From positions 1 through 39,923 of IMG/VR virus record IMGVR_UViG_3300032329_000867: 39,923 nt of DNA. One strand, given 5' to 3'. A program made the position numbers and the translations under genes. A model generated the notes under the pieces. It saw only the letters and a list, made by a program, of their open reading frames with translations. It had not been told where the DNA came from and did no database searches. Source of the DNA: a virus (taxonomy: Duplodnaviria; Caudoviricetes). Shown one piece after another: positions 18,626-26,917 of this stretch (position 1 is its first letter; each line of letters begins with the position of its first letter).

Positions 18626-18666
18626 TTTTACTCCTTACTTTGCGCTAGTATATCGCAAATCGGGGT

Positions 18667-19071
18667 TTATTCTTTTGATTTTTCTTTCATGTCTATAATT
18701 TTCTCTAGCGTACGACCGCCAAAATAAAAAGACATAATAAGCATACCCCATTGGCCAAGCAGCTCAACGTACTTGGTATTGGTGTCCATATGAAAAGCGG
18801 ACATCATGGCAAATACAAAATACCCTGCTAGAATTGCTATAAGGGTCATTGGTCTAATGTTTTTAGATAACCAAGAATCGGATGTCATATCCGCTTGCTG
18901 ACGTTTTGTCAATTCTTGGGCTTCGTTAATGTCAGCTTGGATGTCCGCTAATTTGCCGTCTTGGGCTAGTTTAGCTAACTCTAACTGAGCTTGTGCTTTT
19001 TGTGCTGGGTCAGGAATAAGCTTGTCAACCAGCTTCATTCCTACGCCAATGATGTCATCAATTCCTAACAT
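18667..19071 (-). CDS. Holin, GTA 3TM-holin-like family
   Basis: DKLIPDP, SDSWLSKNIRP, two hydrophobic helices and FYFGGRTLEK. Adjacent to the endolysin. Confidence 0.75.
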   Translation of the reverse strand: MLGIDDIIGVGMKLVDKLIPDPAQKAQAQLELAKLAQDGKLADIQADINEAQELTKRQQADMTSDSWLSKNIRPMTLIAILAGYFVFAMMSAFHMDTNTKYVELLGQWGMLIMSFYFGGRTLEKIIDMKEKSKE

Positions 19072-19433
19072 TATTTTTTACCAACAACAGTTTCGTGCTC
19101 ACCTTTTTTAACCACAACTTTGTCACCATGAACTTCAACGCTCATTGGGTCGCGGTCAGCCATACCGTCTAAACGTGAAATAAGTTCTTTCATAATTTCA
19201 AACTCAGGCTTCTCTTGTTTAGGATTAGCACCGGCCACACCATTAAGCATAGAAATTAAAGCGGTTAAAGAAGCACCAAGCAAGCCCATTACCGCAGCCA
19301 TCTTGCCTTCTTCAAGCACAATAGAAGCGCCCACACCCATCGCCACAATAATGGTAATGTACACTAGGCCATGTTTGCCAATTGCTTTGCCAGCAACTTC
19401 TTTGGCGGTTTCAATGTATGTTTGTTGTTCCAT
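19071..19433 (-). CDS. Two-TM membrane protein (lysis cassette)
   Basis: Two hydrophobic segments (about aa 23-40 and 46-62) and a charged C-terminus. Confidence 0.6.
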   Translation of the reverse strand: MEQQTYIETAKEVAGKAIGKHGLVYITIIVAMGVGASIVLEEGKMAAVMGLLGASLTALISMLNGVAGANPKQEKPEFEIMKELISRLDGMADRDPMSVEVHGDKVVVKKGEHETVVGKK

Positions 19434-19434
19434 G

Positions 19435-19644
19435 TTATTTCATCCAGTGGTGAGTTATATATCCGACAAGCGCTGAGACGGCAGACACAACAGCCATGCC
19501 AGCAAAAAATCCGCCTTTGGAACGGTTGGCAAGTTCAAGAAGCTCTTCCATGCCAGCTTCAAGCTTATCAATCTTCTTTTCCATTGCCTCTACTTGGGCA
19601 ACTAATTTTCCGTATTTGTATGGATCGGGGAATTGTTCGTTCAT
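19435..19644 (-). CDS. Small coiled-coil protein with a C-terminal TM segment
   Basis: Heptad-like N-terminus followed by GGFFAGMAVVSAVSALVGYI. Confidence 0.65.
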   Translation of the reverse strand: MNEQFPDPYKYGKLVAQVEAMEKKIDKLEAGMEELLELANRSKGGFFAGMAVVSAVSALVGYITHHWMK

Positions 19645-19654
19645 ATTATTTTTT

Positions 19655-19921
19655 TTAAATAGATTTTTGTCTAGCTTCTACTTCCATTGGGTTGTTCCAA
19701 TAGCCGTATTTAAAGTTGTAATACAGGTACTTTGCGTAAAAACCAATAGCACCCAACTTCTTATACTGTTCCCAGTGAACTAGCTCATGGTTTCTAAGAG
19801 TTGTTTCGTTCATGCGCTCTTTGAGTATGTAAATACCAAATGGGGGCAAAGTAATACCAGCATAACCAGTACGCACTAAGAATAACTTAACTAGGTGTTT
19901 GGCTTCTTTAATCATATCCAT
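19655..19921 (-). CDS. Small HExxH zinc-metallopeptidase-like protein (DUF4157-like)
   Basis: GITLPPFGIY...HELVHWEQY...NPMEVEAR. Confidence 0.65.
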   Translation of the reverse strand: MDMIKEAKHLVKLFLVRTGYAGITLPPFGIYILKERMNETTLRNHELVHWEQYKKLGAIGFYAKYLYYNFKYGYWNNPMEVEARQKSI

Positions 19922-20532
19922 TAAGGGTTATCACCCTGAGCACGTATATAGTATCCACGTGATATTGTTGCAAGTGTTGAAATATTGCGAATTTCTATGG
20001 TGCCATAAGAATATACTTCATAGTAATAGGAATCAGCTAATATAAGTCGATTACTTGAAAGTGTGTACCAAGGTGTTGTAGTAGCTGAAGAGTAAGTAAC
20101 ACCAGCAACTGTAAATGTTCCACCGTCAGTATAAACAGAAGACATAACTACCCTAAATTCATAAGAAGAACCAACGCCTCCAGTTAAAGGGCTTCCCCAA
20201 GCGGTTGGACCTCTATCGGTTGCTTCGTTAAATCTAGTATTTCTAATTATTGAACCATCGGTGTTAATATATATTTGAGAATAAGTCATACCAATGACTT
20301 GAGTATTAAGATAAAAGTCATCCCCGTTATTAAAAGCAAGTGTGAAGTTAGCGCTTGGTCCAGTTCCATAAAAACTATTCATGGATATCGCGCCACTTGA
20401 AAAAGTAAACGGTCCACCACTTGCTGTGTAATAAGTAGTGCCTCTGTAAGCGTTTAAATTACGACCACGACCAAACACATTATTGATGTCGTTTAGTGAA
20501 ATTGCGCCAGAGCTAGGTAAATATGTTGCCAT
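19921..20532 (-). CDS. Putative fibre-tip / adhesin protein
   Basis: N-terminal LPSSGAISLNDIN...SGAISMNSFYG module seen in phage fibre-tip proteins, followed by a Tyr/Ser/Thr-rich beta domain. Confidence 0.55.
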   Translation of the reverse strand: MATYLPSSGAISLNDINNVFGRGRNLNAYRGTTYYTASGGPFTFSSGAISMNSFYGTGPSANFTLAFNNGDDFYLNTQVIGMTYSQIYINTDGSIIRNTRFNEATDRGPTAWGSPLTGGVGSSYEFRVVMSSVYTDGGTFTVAGVTYSSATTTPWYTLSSNRLILADSYYYEVYSYGTIEIRNISTLATISRGYYIRAQGDNP

Positions 20533-20537
20533 AAGTT

Positions 20538-20819
20538 TTAATACTTTCCTTCAGCAAATACATTAACAAATACAGTCCCGTCTTCTAGTGCTTCAATTTC
20601 GTGCCATTCGCCCGCGGGAAGATTGAGAGGTTGGCTATCTTTATTGATTGTGTAACTACGACCTTCAAGACTTACTAAACAAGACCCCGCGTTGCACATA
20701 GTTGCATGAGAATAGCTGTGTTGGTGTTTCGGTAATCCTTGACCTTTATCGGCGTGGTACACATTAAGTTGTGCACCATCGTAGGTAAAACTATGTTTTA
20801 AAAATGCTTGCTGAACCAT
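20538..20819 (-). CDS. Cupin-domain protein
   Basis: LPKHQHSYSHAT...LPAGEWHEIEALED matches cupin motifs 1 and 2. Confidence 0.8.
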   Translation of the reverse strand: MVQQAFLKHSFTYDGAQLNVYHADKGQGLPKHQHSYSHATMCNAGSCLVSLEGRSYTINKDSQPLNLPAGEWHEIEALEDGTVFVNVFAEGKY

Positions 20820-20967
20820 TTTCTTGTTCCGTTTTAACAGGCATCCATTTTCCGGTATACTTCATTTGTGTATTTATATAACGCACTTGCATTTCAAATT
20901 TTTTGTTTTCTTTTTGAAAAATTCGAAATTCAGGTGTTGAATTAGGATAAATACCGTAAATCGTCAT
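20791..20967 (-). CDS. Hypothetical protein, 58 aa (absent from the ORF track)
   Basis: Hand translation gives MTIYGIYPNSTPEFRIFQKENKKFEMQVRYINTQMKYTGKWMPVKTEQENGSASIFKT. ATGA overlap with the upstream stop. Confidence 0.65.
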   Translation of the reverse strand: MTIYGIYPNSTPEFRIFQKENKKFEMQVRYINTQMKYTGKWMPVKTEQENGSASIFKT

Positions 20968-21227
20968 GCTTGTTGTGTGCCGTTAGTAGCTGGTTGGTCT
21001 AATCCAACAGGTGGAGTGTAATAAGGATTTTCTTCCCACGATTTTATTGGACCATAAAGTTCAGCTTTTGCATTAAAACATAATTGACGACCGTAATCCA
21101 TATCATCATAAGGAGTTGCTGTAAACGGCAATTCTTCCGCCATTTCTTCAAATTTAACCGTTAAAAAAACAGTCACATTGTCGGGGTCGTTGTAAAAAGG
21201 GTTTTTAGCGTATTGAATAGTTAACAT
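20964..21227 (-). CDS. Tail fibre assembly protein-like
   Basis: VKFEE...ELPFTATPYDD..YGRQL...LYGPI resembles the N-terminal part of Tfa-type chaperones. Confidence 0.6.
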   Translation of the reverse strand: MLTIQYAKNPFYNDPDNVTVFLTVKFEEMAEELPFTATPYDDMDYGRQLCFNAKAELYGPIKSWEENPYYTPPVGLDQPATNGTQQA

Positions 21228-21230
21228 ATT

Positions 21231-21779
21231 TTATTTAAACTCTGGTCCATTAATCCACATTGTTGAAGTATATCTTATTCCTGAAGTTACTGGGGTTACA
21301 CGATGCTCTATAAACGAAGGAAACGCAATTACAGAACCTTTTTTTAAAGGCGCAGTGTATTCTTGTCTTTCAAATCGTAATTGTAGCTCACCACCTTCAA
21401 ATTCAGATGGGTCATTCATAAGACAAACCACAGTTACTTTGCGATCGTATCCCCTAGCAGACAATAGGAATGTATCGATATGCCAATTGTAATGTTGCCC
21501 AGGACCATACTGAGCAAATTGCACGGCTTCAAAATTATTCAAATCAAAGTTCCACCGACACTCTGTATTGCCTTTTAAACCATATTGGTGCATAATTAAA
21601 CCAAACCAATGTTCTTTACCAGCAAAATGAACCGTGGTGTCTCGATTAGTTTTATCAGCAACTTCACCATTGGCGCCCATTACCGCGTCTTTTGACGGAA
21701 TGTTTTTAAGTTCTTCAATTGCTTTATTACATTCTTCTTCCGAAATTTGTCCAAGATACCAAATTGGTAAATGCGCCAA
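21231..21779 (-). CDS. 2OG-Fe(II) oxygenase (prolyl 4-hydroxylase / PKHD-like)
   Basis: YNWHID (HxD), FEGGEL and FPSFIEHRVTPVTSGIRYT (distal His and 2OG-binding Arg). Confidence 0.88.
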   Translation of the reverse strand: MAHLPIWYLGQISEEECNKAIEELKNIPSKDAVMGANGEVADKTNRDTTVHFAGKEHWFGLIMHQYGLKGNTECRWNFDLNNFEAVQFAQYGPGQHYNWHIDTFLLSARGYDRKVTVVCLMNDPSEFEGGELQLRFERQEYTAPLKKGSVIAFPSFIEHRVTPVTSGIRYTSTMWINGPEFK

Positions 21780-21794
21780 AATTTTTTCCTTTAA

Positions 21795-23084
21795 TTAAGC
21801 GATACGAACCGCAATGTTTCCATTAGCACTTCCCCCACATCCACCAATATTTACAGAAGCTGCCATCCACTTCCAAGTTCCCGATAAAGCTTGATAACCA
21901 GCACCGCAAGCAAAACCAGCATAAGCAAAAATTTGGTTGTTACCAAAACCAGCGGAATAATTTGAACCGGCAGTAAAACTTTGAAGGCTGCCTAAATTAC
22001 CACCAACAAAAGAATAACTACCTACAGTATTAAAGGATGTAGATGCACCGGCTCCGGGGGGTCCTGTTGGTCCTGTTGGTCCTGTTGGTCCGGGGCCGCC
22101 TGTAGGTCCCGGCGAGCCAGTAGGTCCGGGACCACCTGTAGGTCCAGTTGGCCCAGGTGATCCAGTACCCGTTGGTCCTGTTGGTCCTGTTGAACCAGAG
22201 AAACCAGATCTACCACTGAAACCTGATATACCAGAAAAACCAGAAGTACCTACTTGACCACTAAAACCAGATGTACCTACTGCTCCACTGTAGCCAGAGA
22301 TACCAGAACCGCTGTAACCGGAAAAACCAGAAAAGCCTGATATACCAGAGCCGCTATAACCAGAGAAACCTGATAGGCCAGAACCAGAATATCCTGATAA
22401 ACCAGAAACACCAGAGTAACCTGAGATACCACTAAAACCAGAGGTTCCATTAGATCCGTTGATTCCGCTGTAACCAGAAAAACCTGACGTGCCAATACCA
22501 CTGTAACCAGAGATACCAGAACCGCTGTAACCAGAAAAACCAGATACACCAGAACCGCTGTAACCAGAAAAACCTGATACGCCAGAACCGCTGTAACCAG
22601 AAAAACCAGATACGCCGGAACCAGAGTAGCCAGAAATGCCGGAGAAACCTGAAGTGCCTACTGCGCCGCTAAAACCGCTAGTGCCATTGATACCGCTGTA
22701 ACCAGAAAAGCCTGATGTGCCAATACCAGAGTAGCCAGAAGTGCCACTAAATCCCGATACGCCAGAACCAGAGTAACCAGAGTAACCAGAGTAACCACTG
22801 ATACCAGAACCACTGTAACCAGAAAAACCGGATGTGCCAATACCAGAATATCCAGAAATACCTGATGCTCCTGAAAAACCGGAAATACCCGATGCGCCAG
22901 AAAATCCAGAAGTGCCAGATGCTCCGGTGGGTCCGGTTGCAAAAGCAAAACCCGTGCCGTCAGATATTAGTACCTGCCCCGAAATACCAACTGTATCTAA
23001 CCCGGTGCCTCCCTTAGTTATACCAAGGACACCAGCGGTACTGGCTCCTGGGGCAACTTTGGAAAAATTACGTGGGATTGTCAT
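21795..23084 (-). CDS. Gly-X-Ser repeat plus GPT-collagen fibre protein
   Basis: About 245 aa of SG(F/Y/I/T) triplets, then GPT/GSP/GGP collagen triplets, then a C-terminal VGSY...GTWKWM fibre-end domain. Confidence 0.75.
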   Translation of the reverse strand: MTIPRNFSKVAPGASTAGVLGITKGGTGLDTVGISGQVLISDGTGFAFATGPTGASGTSGFSGASGISGFSGASGISGYSGIGTSGFSGYSGSGISGYSGYSGYSGSGVSGFSGTSGYSGIGTSGFSGYSGINGTSGFSGAVGTSGFSGISGYSGSGVSGFSGYSGSGVSGFSGYSGSGVSGFSGYSGSGISGYSGIGTSGFSGYSGINGSNGTSGFSGISGYSGVSGLSGYSGSGLSGFSGYSGSGISGFSGFSGYSGSGISGYSGAVGTSGFSGQVGTSGFSGISGFSGRSGFSGSTGPTGPTGTGSPGPTGPTGGPGPTGSPGPTGGPGPTGPTGPTGPPGAGASTSFNTVGSYSFVGGNLGSLQSFTAGSNYSAGFGNNQIFAYAGFACGAGYQALSGTWKWMAASVNIGGCGGSANGNIAVRIA

Positions 23085-23099
23085 AAAGCGTTCCTGAAA

Positions 23100-23369
23100 T
23101 TAAAGAGTTGGTGCTGGTTTAGGCACGTTTACAATTGGTTTAAAACTTTGATCAGCAGTATCATAATAAAATTCATAAGTATTAATGGTATCTGAACAAG
23201 CTGTCCAAAATAAAGGTTCTGCTACTTGAAAGACATCTGAGTCAGGTTCAATTTGACATATTCTTGCGCTATTTGGGTATGTAGAAAGTACTGGCACATT
23301 TGGTGTAACTGTCGTATTCCAAGAAGACACGTACTGAACTAACGATGTTGGATCTATTAATGCTTGCAT
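23100..23369 (-). CDS. Small fibre-associated hypothetical protein
   Basis: RICQIEP...FQVAEPLFWTAC...FYYD. Good AGGA RBS; follows a glycine-rich fibre gene. Confidence 0.6.
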   Translation of the reverse strand: MQALIDPTSLVQYVSSWNTTVTPNVPVLSTYPNSARICQIEPDSDVFQVAEPLFWTACSDTINTYEFYYDTADQSFKPIVNVPKPAPTL

Positions 23370-23381
23370 TTTATTTTCCTA

Positions 23382-24233
23382 TTACCATTCAACTAAAACA
23401 AGGCCGCTCCAGCCGGGTGCGCCAGAAGCGTAATCACCCCAACCAGCTCCCCTACTTCCAGGGGAATAACTTGAATTAATATTCCAAGTTTGTGCCGGTC
23501 TATTTGCAGGAGAACCGTTATTATCGCTTGTAATGGTCCCTACAAATACTGTTTGAACAATCCCAATATTTATATTTCGCACTGTTCCGTTAATTCCAAC
23601 ACCATTAGCTCCAGGAAAATAATTTTGCTGCCCTTGACCACCAGTTGCACTAATAATGGTACTAAATGAACTTGCACCACCGTTATTTCCATATGTACTA
23701 GAATTTTGTCCAGCGCCTCCAGCGCCGACAGTTACTGAATATGTTCCGCCAGGTGAAACTGTGTAATATCCTTCAGCATATCCGCCGTATCCAGCATAAT
23801 TTTCATAACCAGTATCATACCCACAAGCACCACCACCGCCAATACAAATTATTTTTATTAAAGAAACCCCCGCTGGTACAGTAAATGTGCCATTTGATAA
23901 AAAGAGTTGTGCTGTTAGTCCAGCCGATCCGCCACCTCCAGCAGCGCCAGAGTAACCACTGAAACCGGATGCTCCGGTTGATCCATTGGATCCGGTTGCG
24001 CCGCTAAAACCAGAAGTTCCGGTTGCGCCGCTAAAGCCGCTGTAGCCAGAAACACCGCTGCCACCAGAAATACCAGTTAAGTTTTGTACAATACCTGAGG
24101 CGTTTTTATAAAACAGTTTTCCATCGGCGGTATTAATTGCCAATTCACCAGCAACTAAATTGCCAGCCGTCGGCACAGCAGACGGTGTGCTGCTATGGTA
24201 AAGACTCAGTGATGTATAACCGGATGCTGCCAT
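23382..24233 (-). CDS. Glycine-rich fibre protein with short Gly-X-Ser repeats
   Basis: N-terminal PTAGNLVAGELAINTADGKLFYK attachment-type motif, SGFSG repeats and a C-terminal GTFTVPAGV...IGGGG...GLVLVEW glycine-rich domain. Confidence 0.7.
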   Translation of the reverse strand: MAASGYTSLSLYHSSTPSAVPTAGNLVAGELAINTADGKLFYKNASGIVQNLTGISGGSGVSGYSGFSGATGTSGFSGATGSNGSTGASGFSGYSGAAGGGGSAGLTAQLFLSNGTFTVPAGVSLIKIICIGGGGACGYDTGYENYAGYGGYAEGYYTVSPGGTYSVTVGAGGAGQNSSTYGNNGGASSFSTIISATGGQGQQNYFPGANGVGINGTVRNINIGIVQTVFVGTITSDNNGSPANRPAQTWNINSSYSPGSRGAGWGDYASGAPGWSGLVLVEW

Positions 24234-24236
24234 ATG

Positions 24237-24674
24237 TTATCCCTTGTTTAAATGCTTTAATACTTCTTCAGGTTTAACAAATCGTATATTGCTGTGTTCT
24301 GTCGCTTCCCACCAAAGGAATTGATTTGGCACTAAATGTGCACGATCTGCTAATAGGTTAATGTTTTCAGGATGTCCGAATATTAACGGATCAGAAGGGC
24401 CCCACAATACTATTCCAGGTTTTCCTTCGTCCCATCCTAAATGCTGCAAAAAACTGTCACAAGAAATCCAAGTTTGGCATTCTTTTATCAGTTTTCGTAA
24501 TTCTGCAAGCGGTAAATTTTTTCTAAAGTCGGGAACTAGTTGTTCCTCACCCTCCACACCTACTTGAACTATTGGCTTATTGATTTGACTAATGAGTTCT
24601 TTCCAATACGGATAATTCTTCGGGTTTTGTTTACCGCTTATTAATTTTTTGGAATATGGTGAGATAATAATCAT
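24237..24674 (-). CDS. GT9 (heptosyltransferase-like) C-terminal domain protein
   Basis: KNYPYWKELI, ISCDSFLQHL and IVLWGPSDP motifs. Confidence 0.72.
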   Translation of the reverse strand: MIIISPYSKKLISGKQNPKNYPYWKELISQINKPIVQVGVEGEEQLVPDFRKNLPLAELRKLIKECQTWISCDSFLQHLGWDEGKPGIVLWGPSDPLIFGHPENINLLADRAHLVPNQFLWWEATEHSNIRFVKPEEVLKHLNKG

Positions 24675-25651
24675 AGGTAAAGCTTTCTGTATGCTTTTTC
24701 TAGACTATCTTTCCACTTCCATGTTGCCATCTTTTTATAAATATTATATGGCTCTAAACTACCAAACAACTGCTGCGCCTCTGCAATTGATCTACCGGGC
24801 ACTACGTCAGGGTAGCAAGTAAATACCACCGGATCGACAAGTTCAGGTAATACATGACTGAAAACAACGTGATCACCCAGACCGCAATTGAGAACAACGA
24901 TGGTTTTATCTTTGTGAGCCAAAATGTTTCTAAAGATTTTTTCATCATGTTCATAAAGACCCTGTTTTGTTTCGCTACGAATCCCGCCTTCAGGATTCTT
25001 CATATGCCATGTTGTTGCACCAGGCACCGCCAAAACTTTATAACCTTTTTGAAACAAACCGTAAGTAAATAAAGTCTCTTCTCGGTGTGCTACCCGTGAA
25101 AGACCAGTATTATAATCGTACACCCCAGCGCGATATAAAAAAGAGCAGTGTAAATGTTCAATTTCTTTAACCCGATTAATAGGACTCCATTGAACGTTTG
25201 GTTCATTATCAATGTTGTCAATTTTACCAGTGGCGTTAATATTTTCAAACAAATTTGGTGGGGTTAATATTGAACCACCAACTGCACCTACATCATCGCC
25301 AATGTGTTTGTATAACGTTTTTAATACATCTGGTTCTGGGATTGCATCATCGTCACAACGCCACACCCAATCATAACCATGTTCTACTGCAGTGTCATTT
25401 GCTCGTTGGTGAATGTGGTGTTGGCCTTTTTTCTCTGCAAACGCCCATTCCCAAGGAATTGCTTTTAAATCTAACATTTTAAAGAAATATGAATAAATCA
25501 TTTCCTTGCGCATGTCTTGCGGCTCATCATTATCATCAAAAATAATCAGTTTATCAACTGGTTTACTTTGATTAATAATCGCGTTTAATACCAGGGGCAA
25601 TGTTGTAAAGTAGCGCCCCCGTGTCGCCACCGAGCATAAAACCTTACTCAT
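24671..25651 (-). CDS. GT2 glycosyltransferase fused to a GT9-like N-terminal segment
   Basis: IIFDD, WRCDDD (DxD) and HREET, plus C-terminal VVLNCGLGDHVVFS. Confidence 0.75.
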   Translation of the reverse strand: MSKVLCSVATRGRYFTTLPLVLNAIINQSKPVDKLIIFDDNDEPQDMRKEMIYSYFFKMLDLKAIPWEWAFAEKKGQHHIHQRANDTAVEHGYDWVWRCDDDAIPEPDVLKTLYKHIGDDVGAVGGSILTPPNLFENINATGKIDNIDNEPNVQWSPINRVKEIEHLHCSFLYRAGVYDYNTGLSRVAHREETLFTYGLFQKGYKVLAVPGATTWHMKNPEGGIRSETKQGLYEHDEKIFRNILAHKDKTIVVLNCGLGDHVVFSHVLPELVDPVVFTCYPDVVPGRSIAEAQQLFGSLEPYNIYKKMATWKWKDSLEKAYRKLYL

Positions 25652-26873
25652 TGTCCCACCTGCAAATCATCAGGTTGCTCATATTGTCGTTACTTACTGG
25701 CACCATGGTATTAGAAATATTACCGTTGTGGCTAATGTAAGTAAACTCAAAACCCGGGAAATCTTTTTCTGTTAACCCGTGCAATCTGTGGTGCTCACCC
25801 CAAAAACCTTTTGGTTCATTGTGTGGCACGGTAATTAACAACCGCTTGCAGTGTAACTTTAACTTCTCAACAATCTCAATACCATTATCTAAATGCTCAA
25901 CCACTTCAAACGCAATAATGGTATCGTATTGACCAAGCTGATAGTTATTAATATCTGCCCAATCAAAATCACAGTTTTCACCCCATTTCTGGTCTTTTGC
26001 TACATCCACAATAATCGGGTCATAATCTAAACCCAAATATTTGGTGCGCATCGGAAAAAACTGTACTCCATATCCTGTAGAACAACCAATTTCTAAAACG
26101 TTAGTGCCTAGAATATTTTTAGCTGCCCATTCGTACCGTTGTGTTTCCCTTGGAAAAACTTCATCGCCTTTTAGGAAAACAGCTCGCTCGTAGTTATTTG
26201 ACAAGCGCCAGTAGTACCACTCTTTATTATATTTCTTTGCTAAAAGCAACTCATTTAATAAAAACTTTTGCTTCCACTCTTGCACCAATTTTTCATCGTG
26301 CATTGTGCCTTCGGCCACATGGTATATTGGGAACCGGCCTTCATTGCTGGTATCTACCAAAGTAAAACCAGCCTCTTCGGCTTTTAAGCAAAACTCAATA
26401 TCATCACAACCGCCAGTTTTGTATTCTTCATTTAGCAACCCAATCGAATTAAATACTTTTTTATCGATCATTGCACAGAAAAATACTATGAACTTGCGTT
26501 TGGTGATTTCTGAATAGTTAAACAATACACCAGAAATATCACCAACATCTAAGTAATCTAACCATCTATTTTTTGGCTGATCTAATAGTACCGTATCGTT
26601 ATTTAACAATACAATTTTGTATCCCTTAGCTACTTTAATACCGTTGTTAACGGCTTTTGGAAAACCTAACGCTTCGTTGCTCCAAACCACTTGCAAATTA
26701 GGCACTGCGGTTTGTAGGTAATCCAAATATGCTTTAGTATTGTCCTTGCATCCATTTGCTGATACAACCAACTCTACGTTGGTCATGTCAGTATATTTGA
26801 TGATTGAATCTATGCAAGGTTTTAAATACTTCTCGCAATTGTTATACGTTGGTATAACGATACTATATTTCAT
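25644..26873 (-). CDS. GT2 glycosyltransferase fused to a class I SAM methyltransferase
   Basis: SIVIPTYN, GFPKAVNNG, LLNNDT and GCDDIEFC, then VLEIGCSTGYG and YDTIIAFEVVEHL. Confidence 0.88.
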   Translation of the reverse strand: MKYSIVIPTYNNCEKYLKPCIDSIIKYTDMTNVELVVSANGCKDNTKAYLDYLQTAVPNLQVVWSNEALGFPKAVNNGIKVAKGYKIVLLNNDTVLLDQPKNRWLDYLDVGDISGVLFNYSEITKRKFIVFFCAMIDKKVFNSIGLLNEEYKTGGCDDIEFCLKAEEAGFTLVDTSNEGRFPIYHVAEGTMHDEKLVQEWKQKFLLNELLLAKKYNKEWYYWRLSNNYERAVFLKGDEVFPRETQRYEWAAKNILGTNVLEIGCSTGYGVQFFPMRTKYLGLDYDPIIVDVAKDQKWGENCDFDWADINNYQLGQYDTIIAFEVVEHLDNGIEIVEKLKLHCKRLLITVPHNEPKGFWGEHHRLHGLTEKDFPGFEFTYISHNGNISNTMVPVSNDNMSNLMICRWDNE

Positions 26874-26883
26874 GTTTTTCCTT

Positions 26884-26912
26884 TAAAGGTTTGTACAAAC
26901 CTTTATATTATA
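26884..26912 (-). promoter_or_regulatory. 22-bp perfect palindrome with an upstream TATAAT, ahead of the glycosyltransferase genes
   Basis: TAAAGGTTTGTACAAACCTTTA at 26884-26905 and a minus-strand TATAAT at 26907-26912. No good -35 seen. Confidence 0.55.
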
Positions 26913-26917
26913 CTACA

